From: Sminthopsis crassicaudata
Taxonomy: Eukaryota
Direction: 5' to 3'
Length of the DNA: 64,000 nucleotides
NCBI RefSeq assembly: GCF_048593235.1
Contig: NC_133619.1
Coordinates: forward strand, 649,676,558-649,740,557
This document shows positions 1 to 12,262 of the stretch, one piece after another. The notes beneath the pieces are model-generated. The model saw nothing but the letters and a program-made list of their open reading frames with translations. It did not search any database and had not been told where the DNA came from. Position 1 is the first letter of the stretch, and each line of letters begins with the position of its first letter. The translations under genes and the position numbers were made by a program.

Positions 1-1335
1 GGGCCCCTGGGGGGTGTAAAATGCTCCCCCTGGACAGTGTAGAAGGGCCCCCGGGGGGTGTAAAATGCTCCCCCTGGACAGTGTACAAGGGCCCCTGGGG
101 GGTGTAAAATGCTCCCCCTGGACTGTGTACAAGGGCCCCCAGGGGGGGGGTTGTAGAGTGCTCCCCCTGGACAGTGTACAAGGGCCCCGGGGGGGGGGTG
201 TAAAGTGCTCCCCCTGGGCAGTGAAGGGCCCCCTGGGAGGTGTAAAGTGCCCCCCCCTGAACAGTGTAGAAGGGCCACAGGGGGGTATAAAGTGCTCCCC
301 CTGGACAGTGTACAAGGACCCCTGGGGCTGTAAAGTGCTCCCCCTGGACAGTGTACAAGAGCCCCCCGGGGGGTATAGAGTGCTCCCCCTGGGGGTGTAG
401 AGTGCTCCCCCTGAGCAGTGTAGAGTGCTCCCCCTGGGCAGTGAAGGGCCCCCTGGGGGGTGTAAAGTGCTCCCCCTGGACAGTGTAGAAGGGCCCCCGG
501 GGGGTGTAAAATGCTCCCCCTGGACTGTGTACAAGGGCCCCCGGGGGGGGGGTTGTAGAGTGTTCCCCCTGGACAGTGTACAAGGGCCCCGGGGGGGGGG
601 TATGTAAAATGCTCCCCCTGGACAGTGTACAAGGCCCCCCTAGGGGGTGTAAAGTGCTCCCCCTGGGCAGTGAAGGGCCCCCTGGGGGGTGTAAAGTGCT
701 CCCCCTGGACTGTGTACAAGGGCCCCCGGGGGGGGGGGGTTGTAGAGTGTTCCCCCTGGACAGTGTACAAGGGCCCCGGGGGGGGGTGTGTGTGTGTAAA
801 ATGCTCCCCCTGGACAGTGTACAAGGCCCCCCTAGGGGGTGTAAAGTGCTCCCCCTGGGCAGTGAAGGGCCCCCTGGGGGGTGTAAAGTGCTCCCCCTGG
901 GGGGTGTAAAGTGCTCCCCCTGGGCAGTGAAGGGCCCCCTGGGGGGTGTAAAGTGCTCCCCCTGAGCAGTGTAGAAGGGCCCCAGGGGGGTATAAAGTGC
1001 TCCCCCTGGACAGTGTACAAGGACCCCTGGGGGTGTAAAGTGCTCCCCCTGGACAGTGTACAAGAGCCCCCCCGGGGGGTATAGAGTGCTCCCCCTGGGG
1101 GGTGTAGAGTGCTCCCCCTGAGCAGTGTAGAGTGCTCCCCCTGGGCAGTGAAGGGCCCCCTGGGGGGTGTAAAGTGCTCCCCCTGAGCAGTGTAGAAAGG
1201 CCCCAGGGGGGTATAAAGTGCTCCCCCTGGACAGTGTACAAGAGCCCCTGGGGGTTGAGTAGTCCCCTTGGACAGTGTACAAGGGCCCCTGGGGGTGTAG
1301 AGTGCTCCCTCTGGGCAGTGTACAAGGACCCCTGG
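1..1335. repeat. GC-rich minisatellite, ~41-50 bp unit, in the last intron of HSPBP1 (runs off the window start)
   Basis: About 30 copies of GGGCCCC(C/T)nG(n)TGTA(A/G)A(A/G)TGCTCCCCCTGG(A/G)CAGTG(TAC/TAG/-)AA, with shortened variants and higher-order blocks (about 270-470 recurs at about 980-1165). Confidence 0.95.
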
Positions 1336-1423
1336 GGCGATCTTGGGCCACTCAGGAAGGAGGGGGTGCCTAAGCCCTGCCCCCCCCCGGGGCACCCCTC
1401 AGGCCTTCCCCCCCTCCTGCCAG

Positions 1424-1498
1424 GAGGAGCTGGAATTCTGTGAAAAGCTGCTCCAGGCCTGCTTCTCGTCCCCCACGGACGACAGCATGGACCGCTGA
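1424..1498 (+). CDS. HSPBP1: Final coding exon of Hsp70-binding protein 1 (EELEFCEKLLQACFSSPTDDSMDR*)
   Basis: Acceptor cctgccAG at 1422-1423, stop TGA at 1496-1498. Peptide matches the recalled human HSPBP1 C-terminus (EELEFCEKLLQTCFSSPADDSMDR). Position upstream of PPP6R1 matches human synteny. Confidence 0.93.
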   Translation, partial: EELEFCEKLLQACFSSPTDDSMDR

Positions 1499-1687
1499 AC
1501 GCCGGGGAGGGACCCCCAGCGCTGGAGCCCCGCCCGGCCACCACTCCTCTCCCGCAGCCTGCCGGCCGAGCCCGCGGCGGGGGGCCGAGGCAGCCTGGGC
1601 GCCGGCCCGGGGCGGCGAGAAGCCCCCTGCGGACCCCCTGCCCCCCCTTGCTGTGCGTGCCCACCCCCTTCCGGGCTCTGCCTTGGC

Positions 1688-1693
1688 AATAAA
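1688..1693 (+). terminator. AATAAA poly(A) signal of HSPBP1
   Basis: First AATAAA, 190 nt after the stop codon, followed by GT-rich sequence. Confidence 0.8.
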
Positions 1694-1889
1694 GGTGTTT
1701 CCCCTGTGCCCGAGTGCCTCGTCTGTGTGCTGGGCCGTGGGGGACCTGGGGCTGTACCCCGCTTAGGTGAGGGAGCCGGTGATCCTGCGTCACCCTGGGG
1801 CTCGGAACAGTCTCGAGGAGGAGGTGGGGAAGGCGGGGCAGGATTGCAGATTGGGAGAGGGCGGTGGATAGGTGCCAGCCCGGGTGTCG

Positions 1890-3000
1890 GAACTTTACGC
1901 ATGCGTGCCCCTTTCCGAAAAGGTGGGGGTGGCGGAATGAGGGAGTGGGACAAGGGTGTAGAGCGTCTGCGCAGCATTGGAGCTTGGTGTTTTAAACAGC
2001 GCCACCCCGGGGCGGTGGGGCGCGCAAGTTCAGTCCGGTGCTCCTGTAAAGCACTGCTGTGCGGCTGGAGAACGCCTGCTGGGCGCGCATGCGCACGGGG
2101 TCTGTGGACTGTGAGGGGTGGGCTGCGCCGCATTGCGCTAAACTCTCAGGTCCTCGCCTCGGGGGATTGTGGGAGGCTGCGGGGGAGGGGGTTGAGGAGG
2201 AGGAGCGGGCAGAGTGACTGCAGCAGACGGGTGGGTGGGTCGGCGGGCAGGCGGACGCTGCGGGAATCGAGAACACTCAAACGGCACGAAGCCTCGAAGG
2301 AAAAGGAACAGACTCGGCCCGCCTTGCTTGCGGCCTTCCGGGGGGGGGGGCGGCGCTGGAGCGGGGTGGGGACCGGAGCAGAGGGGCGTTCCCTGTAAGG
2401 TTTTTTTATGCGGCGCGGGGCTCCGCAGCTATTCTTTCTTTCCCCACCCCCACTTTGCGCCTGCGCGTGAGTCTATTCCCCGGGCCGCGGAGTTTTTTTA
2501 AAGTGTCTGCTTGAGATCCCCTCCCTCTGTTTAGTTCTAGGGCGCCTGCGCGCCAGCTCCCGCCCTCTCTGCGGTTCCTCTGTCGCGCCTGCGTGCCAGC
2601 CATTTTGCTGCCGTCTCAGCTCTGCGCTCGAGCTTTCCCTGCAGAGGCCGCAGACGCAGACGTAGGGGCGGTCGAAGTGGACGCAGGAGCGAGAGCGGAG
2701 CAGCGGCCGCAGCCTCGGCTCGCCCTGGCCCGGCCCCGGCCCTGAGGCTCCCGCACCCGCGAGAGGAAGAAAAGGAGGAGGGGGAGAGAAAAACCGCCAC
2801 GGGTCCCCTCCCCCGCCGCGCGGCCCCCCCACCGCGCGGCCTTTCAGAGCGCCTGCGCGGGTCGGGGAGCGCGCGCCCGCAACCCCGCCCCGCCCCGCCC
2901 CCTCTCGTGGCGCGCGCCCCGATGTGCTCGAGGCCGAAGCAGCCGCCGCTCGCGCGCCCAGGTCAGTGACCCCCGCCTCCCTTGCGCAGAGGGGGAGATT
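1890..3000 (+). promoter_or_regulatory. PPP6R1 CpG-island promoter and probable non-coding exon 1 (donor CAG|GTCAGT at 2962)
   Basis: Dense CpG. NRF1-type motifs at 1897-1906, 2085-2094 (GCGCATGCGC), 2457-2466, 2542-2551, 2585-2594 and 2849-2858. YY1-type CAGCCATTTTG at 2597-2607. GC boxes around 2885-2900. Confidence 0.75.
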
Positions 3001-4086
3001 GAGGCCCCGCGGGGCTGGCCCGGGGCAGGGGCCTCTCCCGGCAGGAGATCCGATCGAGAAACTTCCATCTGATCCCCGGGGACGGCGGGGGAGTCTGGGG
3101 GATTCGGACCCTCGGGTCCCCTTTGGGGATCTGTGCCGGGGGCGGGGCGAGGTAGACCCCACCCCCCATGGGGATTAGTGCGTGGGGCAGAGGTCCCATT
3201 GCCGGGCCCCTGGAAACCACGGAAAAGGATCCTCCTGAGGGAGGGGCGCCCCTGGTGGGGCCATTGAACGTGGGCCCCAAGCCCGCCGGGGCCGCTTCCC
3301 CTTTCTATGGTCCGGCCCTCGAGGGTGGGGCAGAGTTGGAGGCTGCTTCGGGTACCCCGCGGGGCTGCGATAGAGCCTATGGGCACAGGGCTGCATCTGA
3401 TACTGAGGGGAGAGGGCCCCAGGCCGGCTGTAGCTGGGAAGGTGGATGCTGAGAAGCCCCCCTATTTTGAGGCTGGGGCCCCCACGCCCACTAGACCTCA
3501 GCTGCGGTGTTTTTCCTCCTGGAGACCAGCCCTACCTCTGGGGCATCTGCCTGGGGCAGCTTCCGGGATTGGCCGCACCCTCTGTGGCCCGGCCCGCCTG
3601 CCTGGGGGGGGGGGGTGACCACGGCCCTCAGGTCCACTGAGGGCAGTTCTGGGGCCCGCTAGGAAGGGCACCTCCATAGGGGGTGGTGGAAGACTGCAGG
3701 TGGATGTCTAGAAACCCAGGATGGTGCTTGGGATCAGGGTTTGAAGCCAGGGCATTTTCAGCCCCACTCGGGAATAGCTCAGTGCCCTGGGCCCCAGTGG
3801 AAGGCGGGGCGCCTGAGAGCTTCTGGGGTCTGGGACTGGGGGTGTGGCCTTTTGCACCGTGACTTCGCTGGGCCCTCAGTTTGAGCCCCTCCTTCCCCGG
3901 CAGTGTTTGCAGGAGCCCCCCTCCCTCCCATGAGCTCCCTGGGGCCTGCTTTGTGCTGTTCTCAGAGGGAGCCCCCGCACCGTCGCCTTGTCCCCCCTGG
4001 GGGGCATAGTGTGGGCAGTGGGGGGGGCCTGGAGGTGGGGCCCGTGCCAGGCTCATCCCAGAGTGCGGCCCTCCCCGCAGGGCGCC

Positions 4087-7000
4087 ATGTTCTGGAAGTT
4101 TGACCTGCACACCAGCTCGCACATTGACACGCTGCTGCAGAGGGAGGACCTGGCCCTGGCCGAGCTCCTGGACGAAGAGGACGTGCTGCAGGAGTGCAAG
4201 GTGCTGCACCCCAAACTGCTGGACTTCCTGCTGAGGCCGGCCCACCTGCAGGCCCTCGTGGACTGGGTCACCCAGGAGCCCCCGGCCGTGGGCGACGAGC
4301 GGCTGCGCTACAAGTGAGCCCCCCGTGAGGGCGGGCCCTGGGTGCGAATGCTGCCACTGTGGCTCCCCGTCCTCCTGCCCTGCTATTTGCTCATCACCCT
4401 GTTCCCCTCTGCTGATGCTGAGAAGCTACCTTTAAGGTGGAGAGGGGGGTGGGGCGGGTGCCACACTCTCCTTAACTTGTGGATTTGCTCAAGGGGTGAA
4501 GTCTGAAGGAATTCCCACGCTTTGCAGATTGGGGGCGGTCGGGGGTCCATGGGGAGGTGGCTAGTGGCGTCCCCTCCTCCCTCCAGGTACCCCAGCGTTT
4601 CCTGTGAGATCCTGACCTCGGATGTCCCCCAGATCAACGATGCCCTCGGGGAAGACGAGGCTCTTCTGGGCCGCCTCTATGGCTTCCTCCAGAACAGGGA
4701 CCCCCTGAACCCCTTGCTGGCCAGTTTCTTTAGCAAGGTCATGGGGATCCTGATCAACCGAAAGACAGACCAGGTTGGTCCCCGGAGGGCTGGCCTCTGA
4801 ACCCGGCTTTCCCAGAAAGAGTGGACACAACGGGGAAGTGTGGGGGCCGTGCTGGTGACTCAGGGAGGGGGTCTTAGGGGGAGCGGACAGGGTCTCTGGA
4901 GACCGACCCAGCAGTGGGGGGCTGATGGGCTTTCCCTCTGAGTGACCACCCGCTTTCTTTTCAGATCGTGTCCTTTCTGCGCAAAAAGACCGACTTTGTC
5001 CCCTTGTTACTCCATCACATCGGGACCTCCGCCATCATGGACCTGCTGCTGAGGCTGCTGACCTGTGTGGAGCAGCCGCCGCTGAGGCAGGAGGTCTTTA
5101 ATGTGAGCTGCCCCTTCTTTTGCTTTTCTCCCCTCCCCCTCTCCCTTCCCTTCCTTCCGTTTTCTTCCCCTGCCCTCTTCTCCCAGTATCCAGGACACCC
5201 CTGCTCTTCAGCTATCTCTACCCTCCCCCCCAGTAGAGCCCCTGATCTCCCCTCCAGCTGGTGTGGGATTCCCTCGAATTTGTAGTCAGGCCCTCCCCCC
5301 AGAGGTCTGGGCAGGGTAAGAGGGCCTTCCTATGCTGGAGACCCAGCCCTGCCTCCCTCCCTTAATGATCCTGTGACTCAGAAGCTCTCCTGGGGTCAGT
5401 GGCTTTTGGCGCCCAGGAGCCCGCTCGGCCCCCCAGATTGTCTTCACCTGAAGCGTTTGCCGAGCTTTTCCCATCCAAATGGAACTCTTGGACCTTTTCT
5501 CTAGGCTTTAGTTCACTGCTGAAGGTTGTGAAGGTCTGCAGGGACCCCCACTTGTCCCCCTGCGGGCTGTCGCCCAGGTCTGGGCTGGCCTCAGGGGCCA
5601 AGGAAGCCCGGAGGATCGTGGCTGCAGGGGAGCGCCCTTCTCTGTTCGGCTCTCTGGCTGGCCACGGTCCCCCGATCTCTTCTGCAGCCCTGGCGTCTTA
5701 CTCGCCTCCCAGTGGTTTTGAGCAGAGGGGCCTTCCCACGTGGCTGGGCCCTGCCAGGGGTCGGGATGGCTTAGGGCCTGGGTTCTGTGCTTGAGCCGCA
5801 GCTTTGGCCCTCCCCGGCCAGATCCTTTTGGCTTCCAGGGCCTCCCTGAGGGTCTTTGGGGCCCATCGGGCCTGGTCGCTGTAGTTTGAGGCTCTCTTGC
5901 TGCCCTCTGGAGCAGTGGCTCCTCTCAGGGGGCCACTCCAGCCTCTGCCTCCGGTGGCCGGTCTTGGGCTCTGGCCCGAGTCGGACCTCCAGCTCCAGGA
6001 AGCCTTTTCTCAACTTGCCCCACCCCATTCCCCCTCATCCATTCTCATCAGTGAAAGGGTGAAGGACTATGGGCATCAGGAGATCAAGGTGTTCCTAGTA
6101 AGGAAGGTTATGGCTCAGGGTTCAGAGGTCATGAGTGGTTGAGATCAGGAGGAAGATCTGGATCTCTGGAGGGGCAGTGTAGTGGCTGGGAGTCCTGAGC
6201 CTTGGATGGCTCACCTGCAAGCCTGGGGAGGTAAATAACCTCTGACCTGGGCTTGGGACCACTGCCGCTGAGGCTGCAGGTGGGGACCGAGGGGTGTGTC
6301 CCCCTCATGTCTGCTACAAGGTGGCTTCTGGCACTTTTCCCAGTAGCCTCAGGGAGATGGGTCCGAGGGGCTGGGGCCCCAGCTTCCTCTGACTGCGGTT
6401 TAATGGTGGGAAGGGGCCTTGGGGGTCACCGGGCTCTGCTCTTTCCAAGTGGCTGAATGAGGAGAGGATCGTAGAGCGGCTGATCGACATGATCCACCCG
6501 GACCGGGATGAGGGCGTGAGTGTCCTGTGGGGTGGGATGGGGGCAGCTGGGGGAGGGGTGGACGGGGCGGGGCCTCATGCCGGCCTCTCCTCCCTCAGCA
6601 ACACTCCAACGCGGCGCAGTCTCTGTGTGACATCGTGCGTCTGAGCCGGGAGCAGATGCTTCCCACCCGGGACCCCGCCGAGCCCGAGCGGCTGCTGGCC
6701 ACGCTGGAGAAGTGAGTGGCCGGGGTGCCGTGGGGCTCCCCCTCCCCTCCCTGCTGGCCTTCCCAGCACCCTCAGCGCATCCCTGCCCCCACGCAGGCAG
6801 GAGACCGTGGAGCGGCTCCTCGGCAACATGTTCGGGAGCGACCAGAACGAGTCCGTGATCGTCTGCGGCATCCAGGTCATCCTGACGTTGCTGGAACCTC
6901 GCCGGCCCAGGTGGGGGCGGGGCCGGGGGTGGGGCCGGACCAGCGCCCCCCAGGGCTTCGGTGGGGGCTCACGGCTCTCTCCTTGCCCCCGCAGGGCAGA

Positions 7001-10000
7001 AGCGGGAGGCATGGGCAGCTTCGGCGTGGACGGTCAGCTGGAGCTGTCGCCCCCGGGGGGCCCCGAGAGCCCCCCGCCCGGCCAGGCCAACCTGGGGACG
7101 CTGAGAGCCCTGAGGCAGTGGCTCGCCCACTTCCACCGGCTGCTCCTGGAGCCCCCCACAGTGAGCCACAGGCCGGGGTCCGGGCGGGGGGCGGGGAGGG
7201 CGGGCACGCGCGTGGGCGCTCCTTCCTCCTCCTCCTCCTCGCAGGTGGCCGAGTCCGACTCTCTGCAAGGTCCTCTCTGGCTCTAACATTCTATGATCTA
7301 TGATTAGAATCACAGAATTTCAGAGTTGGAAGGGACCTCAGTGCTTACCCGGACGGCGGCGGCGCCAGCGAGCCTCGGCCTCGGGCCGCCACCTCAGCCT
7401 GCAGGACGCCGGGCGGGCGGGCGGGGGAGGGGGGCGCACGGGGAGCCCAGGCCCGGCCCAAGGCTCCTCCCGTCTCCGCCTTCCAGCAGGAGACCCTGCG
7501 CACCACCTGGGGCAGTCTGCAGCCCCCGCTGGGCAACACGCGGCTGCACGTCGTCAAGCTCTTGGCCAGTGCTCTGAGCGCCAACAACGCCGCCCTGACG
7601 GGGGAGCTGCTGGGCATGGACACGCTGAACGCCATGCTGGTGAGGGGCGGGGCCGGGAGGGGCGGGGCCGGGCGGGGCGCGAGGCCTGTCGCCCCGCCCC
7701 CGCCCACTCCTCCCCCTCCCCCCAGGACCTCTTCTTCACCTACGTCTTCAATAACTTCCTGCACTCCCAAGTGGAGACGTGGGTGAGCAGCGTGCTGGGC
7801 GCTGCGCCGGCCGAGGGCGAGGACGGGCCCCAGGCCCCGGGCCCCAATCCTGCCGTCAGACACGTGAGTGCCTCCGGGCCCCTGGGTGAGCGCGCCGCCG
7901 CTGGGTCCGGCCCGTAGCTTCTCCGTGGTGGATGTGTGCGGGGCGGCTTTTCCTGGCCTTCCGCGCCTTCCTTGGTGCTGAACCCAGGCCCTGTGCTGGG
8001 GGAGGGGTCTGCCCACATCCCGGCCCTCCCAGGCACATCGCCCCCTCGCTGTTCCCCTCAACCCCCCCCCTCCCCCACCCGCAGCTGCTCCAGAAATGCC
8101 GGCTGGTGGAGAGGATCCTGGGCGCCTGGGAAGAGAACGACCGCGAGCAGTGAGTGAGCCGGCTCCGGACTGGGGGTGGTCGGCCCGTCCCCGGGGCTCT
8201 CGGGTGGGTCGGGGCCTGAGCTGAGGGGCCGTCCCTCCCCAGGTCGGAGGGAGGCCCGAGGAAGGGATACATGGGCCACCTGACGCGCATCGCCAACGCC
8301 GTGGTGCGGAGCGCCGAGAAGGGCCCCAACGCCGCGCTGGTGGGCCAGCTGCTCCCAGGTGAGGTGCGGCCCGCGGGGTGGGGGGCGGGCCCTGCCGAGG
8401 GCAGCGTCACATGTCCCGTCTCCCCCCCCACGGAGCAGAGCTACTGGGGGAGCAGCAGCAGGTGTGGGAGAAGTTCGTGTCGGGGCCCCTGTCGGAGACC
8501 AACCAGAAGAACACGGTGGACCTGGTGAGGCTGCGGCTGGGGGGGCCGTCCCCGGGCAGGGGCTTCCGGCCCCGCCCCCAACCGCTCCCCTTTTGTCGTT
8601 CCCCCCCCCCAGGTCAGCCCCCACAACTTGCATTGCTCCAGCGACGAGGAGGAGGAGCAGCGCGTGAAGGGGTTCGCCTTCCCCCAGGAGGCCGTGCTGC
8701 AGCAGGTGTGCCCTCTGCCCCCGCCTGGGGGGGCCGGGGAGGAGGGGGGGCCACGTTACAGGGTCTTGTCGCCCGCAGGCCTTCATGGATTTCCAGATGC
8801 AGCAAATGACCTCGGCCTTCGTGGAGCATTTTGGTTTCAACGACGAAGAATTTGGGGAGCAGGAGGAGAACGTGAAGTGAGTGTCTCTTGAGGGTCCCCA
8901 TCTTTGGTGTCGGGGTGTCCTAGGAAGGACCCTCTGGTCGAGGAGCTCCCCCTCGAGGAGTTGTCTGGGGTGTTTGGGCAGCAAGGAACACCTGATGAGG
9001 GAACCCCTGTTTGCTGAACCCCTTGGGGGGCTGGGCTGAGGAGTCACCTGGGGCCAGGGCAAGGGGCCCCCCTGGAAGAAGCCACTTGTGTTGCCTGAGC
9101 CTCCTCCCTGCTTGTTGGCTCTCCTTGCCCCCCACCTCTGGGGGCTTTCGGGATGGGTGCTCCCCTCTATCTTGGGTTTTTTGTAGGCCTCAGGTGTGCT
9201 TGGGGAAACGGGGTCTCTTGACCCCCATTCTGGTCTCTCCCCAGCGCCCCTTTCGACAAGACAGCCAGCATCACCTTCTCCCTCAGCGCGGACGATGAGA
9301 GCGTGAGTGTCGTCCCTCCCTGGAGGGTCGGGGACCCCGAGATGGGGGAAGGACGGGCAGACCCTCCCCTCTTGGGGGTCTCAGCTCCCTTCTCCCAGCA
9401 CCCCCTCCCCATAGCTCTCCTCCTACGCGCTTCGGCATCCCTTGGGGCTTCCCAGATGTGGGGGGAGGGCAGGAAACGGGGCTCTGCACCCTGGGGAGGG
9501 GCCAGGGAGACCCAGCTGTGCCCGCCGCCCCGCAGCCCAACGCCAGCCTGTTCGAGCTCTGCTGCAAGGAGCGGCTGCATCAGTTTGAGGAGGAGGAGGA
9601 GGAGGAGGAGGAAGGCCTGGGGTCGGGGGACTCGGACGGGGAGGAGGCCATCTGGCAGGACGGCCAGCGGGGCCGGACCGTGCGGTGAGTGAGGGCGGGC
9701 CCCGGAGCTGTCCGTCCTGCGGGCCGACCCCGGTGCAGACGGTCATCGCCAGGTTCTTTTCTGGCTTCAGGAGTGGCGGCAGCACGGACAGCGAGGAGGA
9801 GGATGAAGAAGAGGAGGAAGAGGAGGAGGAAGAGGAGGAAGCCAATGGGACCATGGGGGGTCTCAGCCCTCCAGCTTTTACCTTTTCTCACTCAGAGTCC
9901 CCTGGGATACCCCCTCGGGGTATGGAGGCTCTCTGCTCTGGGGGGGGGCACAGGGGAGGGTGCGCATTCGGGGGATGTGTGGTCCCTGGATGTCCCCCTG

Positions 10001-10752
10001 TAATCGGCCCTCTGGGATTCCTTTGTGTCAGCAGCGCCCAGGAAGCGGGTCCCCTCTGTTCCTCTCAGGGCCTCCTTGGACTCGCGTCCTGGCCCCCCCG
10101 GCTCCCCCGACACACAGCACGTTGGTGCGGCCCCGGACAGGTGAGGTCCCAGGCCAGGGTGTCAGCCCCCGTGCTTTGGGCACCAGCCCCGCCCCTTGGA
10201 GCTCTGTGCTCAGGGGGGCTTCTGTCCCGTCCTTTATAGGGTGAGGGGCCCCACGCCCCCAGCTGCCGCAAGAGCCCCTCGGGAACCAACGGATGCCAAG
10301 GGCGCACGCTGCCCCCGCCAAGGTGACTGGATCTCCCTTCTGAGGGGGGAGGCTGTGGGCCCTCAGGGGTCCCCTTGAGTTCTCAGGTTGGGCCCTCAGT
10401 GCACTGAAGATCCTGAAACGCCCCCCTTTTCCCGCAGCTGCTAGCCGGGCTGCAGCCACCCTGCGGGAGACACGCGAGCCTCTGAGAGCCTCCGGCCAGG
10501 ATAGGTGAGGCGGCTGTGGCGGGGAGGGGCCCAGAGAAAGGGCAGGGGAGGAAAAGGAGGGGGGAAGGAGCTCATTCAGGCCTCTTTTCTTCCCAGTGGG
10601 GAGCCGCCATCACCTCCCAGCGGTCCTGCTCCGGGGGGTCCCCCTCCCCCTGCAGACACCAAGTAAGTGCCAGAGGTGGGAGTAGGGGAGAGGGCAGATG
10701 ACAGGACAGGACCCTCCCCCTCATCCTTTGCTTTTCTTCTTTTACCAGATAA
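4087..10752 (+). CDS. PPP6R1: Protein phosphatase 6 regulatory subunit 1 (SAPS domain), about 814 aa, 22 coding exons
   Basis: Exons: 4087-4313, 4587-4773, 4965-5102, 6450-6515, 6599-6711, 6797-6910, 6995-7160, 7487-7639, 7726-7863, 8085-8149, 8243-8358, 8439-8524, 8613-8705, 8779-8876, 9245-9302, 9536-9684, 9771-9919, 10032-10140 (5' boundary uncertain), 10240-10322, 10438-10504, 10597-10662, 10749-10752. All GT-AG with continuous frame. Begins [17 protein letters not shown]; contains [11 protein letters not shown] and acidic GGSTDSEEE. Exons after 9919 are divergent and less certain. Confidence 0.93.
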
Positions 10753-11352
10753 TCTGTTGCGTGGGGATTGCCACCCCTGCCACACCCCTTCCCTTGTGTG
10801 TCAGCCTATTCCCTTCCTTCCCAGGATGGGGGTCTGGGAGCCCCCTTCCCATCCTCTGCCCTCCCATCTCCCAGATTTCTGAGGAGAGGCCAACGAGAGA
10901 GGCGTGGCCGTGCCCCTGGTGGGCATCAAACGTGCCCCTGGCGGGCATGGAGTGCAGGGAGCGGCGCCTCGTTCTGCCCGGCCCTCCCCCAGCCTCATGG
11001 AGACGCCTTTTCACTCCCTGAGATCTGGGAGTCGCAGCAGTGGCTGAGAAGGGGGGTGAGGAAGCTGGGGGAACCCCTCCAGAAACCCAGCAGGGGTTTC
11101 GTGCCCACCACCACTCCAGGGGCAGCTCGAAGGTGGCCCCGGAGAGAAGATTGTGCCTTGCCTTGTGGGACGGGGGAGCCCTCACCTCTTCCAGCCCTCC
11201 GTTTTGGGGGGCGAGGGTGCTTCCTGCCCCGAGGACCCCGGTATAAGGGTTAGCTCCAAGCTGCTGGGGTTCTGGCCCCAGCAGCCACGTGGCCTTGTTC
11301 CTCCTTGCCCAGCCTGTGCGCTGAGGCGAGGCTCTTTGCGTATTCTGACCTG

Positions 11353-11358
11353 AATAAA
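11353..11358 (+). terminator. AATAAA poly(A) signal of PPP6R1
   Basis: First AATAAA after the stop codon, followed by a GT/T-rich downstream element. Confidence 0.8.
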
Positions 11359-11739
11359 GATCCAAATGGGTTTGGGCTTGGTTCTGTGGGTCTGGAGGGT
11401 GTTGGGCACAAGTGGGGGAGCCCTTAGGGACACTCCATCACACTGGAGGGGTCATGGAGGGTGCGGCCTCTGCCCCAGGGGACTGATGGCCAGTGAGAGT
11501 GGGCAGTGGGCCTGCCCAGCCTGGTGCCACCTGATGGAAAGAAAATGCCCAGAAGCAAATAGACAAAAGGGGGTGGGGGGGCAGGCCAGGCTGGCTCCAG
11601 TGGGGAAGTCATGGCTGCAGGGGGGGGCTTCCTGCAAGAGGTGGACTGTGGGAGCGGTGGGGAGAAGGGGTGGGGGAAGCAGCTGGAGAGGAGGTCTTGA
11701 AACAACTGGGAGGACAGGCAGGAGGAGGTCCTTGTGTGT

Positions 11740-12262
11740 GTGTTATGTGAGTGTAATTGTGTGTTGTAGGTGAGTATATCTAATTGTATATGTGCTTATT
11801 GGTATACAATTGTGTAGTGTGTATACACTTGTTAATGAGTGTGATTGTTGTGCTAGTAAATATATGTGTGATTGTGGATGTGTTTTTATGTGAGTGTTTT
11901 TAAGTGTATATGTGTTGGTGATTGTGCATGTGTGTGATTGTGTTGATTGTATATGTGGCGGTGGTTGTGATGTGTGTTGTGTGTGGGCGTGTGTGATTGT
12001 GTTGTGATGGTATATGTGGGCATGTGATTGTAAGTGTATATGTGTTGTGATTGTGGGTATATGTATGATTCTGTTGTCTGTGTAGGCATGTGTGGTTGTG
12101 ATTCTAAGTGATTGTGTGGGCTTGTGCTTGTGTTCTGATTGTATATGTGTGTATGTTGTGATTGTGTATGCGGGTGGGTGTGATTGTGTTGTGTATGTAG
12201 GCTTGTGATCATAAGTGTATGTGTGTTGTGTGTGAGTATATGTGATTGTGTATGAGTGTATC
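11740..12262. repeat. TG-rich low-complexity tract (TGTGAT/TGTA-like units)
   Basis: About 520 bp almost entirely T/G/A, with repeated tgtgattgtg/tatatgtg words. Confidence 0.9.

Noticed and set aside
65-1395. Several ORFs with repeated GGVKCSPW or PLDSVQGP peptides
   Set aside because: These are translations of the intronic minisatellite, with no splice context or known homology.
1399-10459. Many long antisense or alternative-frame ORFs over the PPP6R1 region
   Set aside because: Expected from very high GC content (few stop codons); none shows recognisable domains.
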